Shown here: one piece after another, positions 56,949 to 59,940 of the stretch
Layout: every line of letters begins with the position of its first letter
Position numbering within the stretch: the stretch's first letter is position 1
IMG/VR virus record: IMGVR_UViG_3300021962_000114
Coordinates: 1-59,940 of that record
Direction: 5' to 3' (one strand)
Origin: a virus
Lineage: Duplodnaviria > Caudoviricetes
DNA length: 59,940 nt
The notes under the pieces: model-generated
What the model was told of the DNA's origin: nothing
Database searches by the model: none
Seen by the model: the letters and a program-made list of their open reading frames with translations, nothing else
Translations under genes and position numbers: made by a program

Positions 56949-58838
56949 TCACTGTTTTTGTTGATACACTTCAGTATCGCCAACACCAGCGTTATGACCA
57001 ATAATTTTTCCACGCATCAAGAATCTACGGTTTTCACAATTCAAGTGCATATATTTTCCAATAGGCATATACAACTCATTGCTTTCAACTATGTAGTTGT
57101 CGCCATGCGCACCTTCAAGCACATCACCAGCTTTTAGAGATCTTACTGATCTCCAAACACCATTTCCAATATACCACAAATGACTGTCGTCCACATCATA
57201 CGTCTCGCCTCGTATCACAGTTCTCCAGATTGGAGCATCTGCTTCATAAGCCAGTGTTACTTTGTTCCATTCGTCATCTGGACCACGTAGATGCATTCCT
57301 ACCTTAATTTCACCTGCTGGTATAAATCCATGCTCTTTGGTTTCCATAGGTTGCCAAACCGCTGGACATCCTCCGCTACTACCATCGCCTGTGGAAGATG
57401 GTACACAAACTGTTTTATTCCAATTTGCCGTGACGTATCCAGTCAATGTTGCTGCTGGACTAGTAAATGTCATGGTAAATGTACCTTTTGCCGAGAAACT
57501 AGAGCTTTGGGTAGCTTGTCCCCAATATGCTTCACCAAATTTAATCGAATGCTTTTTCGTCTCTCCTGCTGCCAAGGAGACGGTCGGAGCAAAAGATGGT
57601 ACCAATTGACTGCCTGCAAAAAGTAACGGTTGGTTATTTTCTGTATTGATCCAGTCTTGGTTGAAAGTTATGTTAACCGGTTCATTGTTTGGATTGGTCA
57701 CCCAAAAACTTCCAGTGTAGTGAACTTGAGAAATGTTTGTAATGGCACAAACGGTCTGAGCGTTGCAAAAACAGTCTTGAACGGCTGCTGTATTTGATAC
57801 GTTTCTTGTTGGAGGTGATCCACACGAACCTGCTACACTCGCATTGGCCAACGCAAACAATCGAATAACAGATTGTCCTGTTGTTGTTACTACTTCATCT
57901 ACACCATAGCTATAGGTTCCAGCTTGAGGTGGTCCGCCAGTGCAAGTTACCAAACCTGCATAATAGTTTCCGTTTGGAGAAAGACGTGTTATTGACCCTT
58001 GCAATGCAAATGTACGAGTGCCACCCAGTGTATAAGCTGGTGCTGTCTTTGTAAAATATCGTGTGTAGCCAGTGAGTGTATAGCTTTGTGGGTTTGCTAT
58101 AAAATTTGGAAGCTCTGCGACAAACAAAGACAAATCCGATTTTTGAAAAGCGTTTAGTGTAGCATTGGAATTGATCTTTGGAGTAATATCTGCGACGGCA
58201 GCGTTAATATTTGACATCACGCTGGATTGAATTGATACACTTGAGCCGACAACAGACGTTGCTGCACACGAACCAGTAAAGAAACTAGATGTAAATGCGT
58301 TGGAAACAACATCCTTCAATACTACTTTATAGATTCTGTCTGTGGTCAAACCAGAAAAGTATTCTTCAGCATCATTTGCCAAAACATACGAAGCTTGTTT
58401 TGTGAACGATGCTGCTCCAGGAGGATTTGGTTTTGAATACAAGCTGTATCTATAAACACGACTTGATGTTTCCTGCGTCAAATAGTTAGCGTTGTATACG
58501 GTACTATCTGGGTAGAATTGAGCATACCAAACACCATTTCCTTGTGACTTTACAGATGCACTCAAAAAGTTGGCACCATAAAATTCACTCATTCTAGCGT
58601 CACGAATGTTATCGTAGCTCACCAAGCCAGCACCAATTCCTTGGTCACTTTTTACGTTGTTTACTGGATCGCCAGTGAATGCCTTTAGTCTAGCCAACGA
58701 AGCCGACAACGAAATGTTTTGAGTAGGAACAACATTATCGACGTTGGCGAGTAGATTGTTGATCGATGCGTATGGTGAACCTGCCGCCAACTGAGAGAAT
58801 GACAGCGATCCTCCTCTATTTAAGCGATTGATCGGCAT
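56949..58838 (-). CDS. Putative virion protein with C-terminal Hint (intein-like) domain
   Basis: S/T/G-rich beta body; GG-CPA...IKVG...DSHLW...LKAGD...GHN-A C-terminal module. Confidence 0.75.
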   Translation of the reverse strand: MPINRLNRGGSLSFSQLAAGSPYASINNLLANVDNVVPTQNISLSASLARLKAFTGDPVNNVKSDQGIGAGLVSYDNIRDARMSEFYGANFLSASVKSQGNGVWYAQFYPDSTVYNANYLTQETSSRVYRYSLYSKPNPPGAASFTKQASYVLANDAEEYFSGLTTDRIYKVVLKDVVSNAFTSSFFTGSCAATSVVGSSVSIQSSVMSNINAAVADITPKINSNATLNAFQKSDLSLFVAELPNFIANPQSYTLTGYTRYFTKTAPAYTLGGTRTFALQGSITRLSPNGNYYAGLVTCTGGPPQAGTYSYGVDEVVTTTGQSVIRLFALANASVAGSCGSPPTRNVSNTAAVQDCFCNAQTVCAITNISQVHYTGSFWVTNPNNEPVNITFNQDWINTENNQPLLFAGSQLVPSFAPTVSLAAGETKKHSIKFGEAYWGQATQSSSFSAKGTFTMTFTSPAATLTGYVTANWNKTVCVPSSTGDGSSGGCPAVWQPMETKEHGFIPAGEIKVGMHLRGPDDEWNKVTLAYEADAPIWRTVIRGETYDVDDSHLWYIGNGVWRSVRSLKAGDVLEGAHGDNYIVESNELYMPIGKYMHLNCENRRFLMRGKIIGHNAGVGDTEVYQQKQ

Positions 58839-58841
58839 ATA

Positions 58842-59940
58842 TTACTTTGATTCTAATTGAGCAATTTTTTCCGCCAAAGCCGCAATTTGTTGTTGCTGCT
58901 CTTGCACAGTTTTGATCAACAGAGGTATGAACGAGTTATACTTGACATGTTTGTAGCCATTCATGTCATCCTTCACAAAATCTGGATAAATTTGTTCAAC
59001 TTCTTGTGCGATCAAACCAAAATCTGAAGTACCATTGCCGTTCCATTCAAACGACACTGGGTTCAGTGCGTCAATCTTGCTATATGCGTCCTCAATAGGT
59101 TGAATATTGTCTTTTAGACGTTCATCCGAAGATGCAAATGTTGAGAATGATACGATATCACCAGCAACGTCAAGTTGACCACTTCCACTGACTCTCAACA
59201 ATTTGGTATATGCGCTACCAGATGTTACCAAGAATACGTTTTCATTTGGCTTGTAAACGTTATACGGACTTGCGTTAGTAGCATAGTATCCAGGCCATCC
59301 ATAAGAACTGCTCAAATGAACATGGCATTGTGCTTGAATATAGTTGCTTTGTGGGAAATGACCAATACCCAACAAGCGTGTACGCACACCCAAAACAGTC
59401 CAGCCAGATTTTCCAGAGTTAGTAGCATCTGGTTTCCACGCAACATCTTTTTCATATGGCGGAACCAAACAAGTGTCATCTGTAAACGAACCCGAGTAAT
59501 AAATTGCAAAATTTGCTCCAGTGCGAATGTAATTATTTCCGCATTGCAATCCAATATCGTACAAATAATTCTTTCCGTATTGTGATGCGGAATATTGAAT
59601 CAAATGTTGGCCGGTATAATTATTGACGACCAGCGGACGAGACAAAATAGTACGACCCTTGGTAGATCCCAAAGAACCGCCCAGGTTTGGCCAACCAGTA
59701 CCTTTGTTTATAGTAGTAGTGTCAACTTGAACAAACGGAACGTTGGCTGTTGAACTTGCACCAGTCCAATAAGTAAAGTCGTTGGCAACACCAGTACCAG
59801 TCAAAGCACCGGGCACAGAATCCGCAGTCAGAGCATGTACAGAATCCATTGCCCAACTTGCTGTACCATGAAACGCAGCTTTTTTGGTGAATGCTGCCGA
59901 TGCGCTCATATAGCCTTTGAAGCTACCAGTAAAGCTGCCA
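58842..59940 (-). CDS. Tail fibre/spike protein with C-terminal peptidase S74 intramolecular chaperone (5' truncated by window edge)
   Basis: SDERLKDNI...LNPVSFEW...GLIAQEVE...VKY...LIKTVQE; frame stays open upstream of the Met at 59909 to the window end (GSFTGSFKGY). Confidence 0.88.
   Translation of the reverse strand, partial: GSFTGSFKGYMSASAAFTKKAAFHGTASWAMDSVHALTADSVPGALTGTGVANDFTYWTGASSTANVPFVQVDTTTINKGTGWPNLGGSLGSTKGRTILSRPLVVNNYTGQHLIQYSASQYGKNYLYDIGLQCGNNYIRTGANFAIYYSGSFTDDTCLVPPYEKDVAWKPDATNSGKSGWTVLGVRTRLLGIGHFPQSNYIQAQCHVHLSSSYGWPGYYATNASPYNVYKPNENVFLVTSGSAYTKLLRVSGSGQLDVAGDIVSFSTFASSDERLKDNIQPIEDAYSKIDALNPVSFEWNGNGTSDFGLIAQEVEQIYPDFVKDDMNGYKHVKYNSFIPLLIKTVQEQQQQIAALAEKIAQLESK

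Noticed and set aside
56991-57368. Hint domain as a true splicing intein or polymorphic-toxin pretoxin domain
   Set aside because: The +1 residue is Ala, only 13 aa follow, and no immunity-like gene is adjacent
1-59940. tRNA/rRNA genes, integrase, transposase, reverse transcriptase or DGR template repeat
   Set aside because: Intergenic gaps are short and I saw no cloverleaf, RT or recombinase motifs and no adenine-variant repeat pair; by-eye inspection only
1-59940. Alternative genetic code (stop codon reassignment) as in some large phages
   Set aside because: Long genes are intact under code 11, and TAA, TAG and TGA all end genes at natural boundaries

Overview
This window is about 60 kb of a large T4-like (contractile-tailed) dsDNA bacteriophage genome, standard genetic code, about 40% GC by eye, densely coded and almost entirely on the minus strand. 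Virion morphogenesis genes: gp23-like major capsid, gp22-like scaffold, gp21-like prohead protease, gp20-like portal, gp17-like large terminase, gp18-like tail sheath, gp6/gp25/gp5-like baseplate genes, several large tail/baseplate proteins and a tail fibre with an S74 chaperone (truncated at the right edge). It also has a small recombination/replication block (fused Mre11-Rad50 nuclease, primase, RuvC-like resolvase), a gp55-like late sigma factor and Hsp20. The most notable signal is a candidate phage-encoded virion O-glycosylation system. A five-gene cassette (tandem GT60/Gnt1-like GlcNAc transferase, SAM methyltransferase, two GT-A proteins, HtrL/YibB-GT2 fusion) sits among tail genes, beside a trypsin-like protease and a mucin-like Thr-Pro-Ser repeat protein. 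Predicted exterior virion proteins also show a conspicuous [ST]-[GAS]-S tripeptide that could be a modification sequon. Other signals: a recurrent TAnTTAT(A/T) motif often only 3-7 nt before ATG (candidate late promoter giving leaderless mRNAs), shared N-terminal MIxLxxLLxE-type capsid-targeting/cleavage motifs on a flavoprotein and a ligase-like protein, and a C-terminal Hint domain on a virion protein. All functional calls come from reading motifs by eye; no database searches were run.
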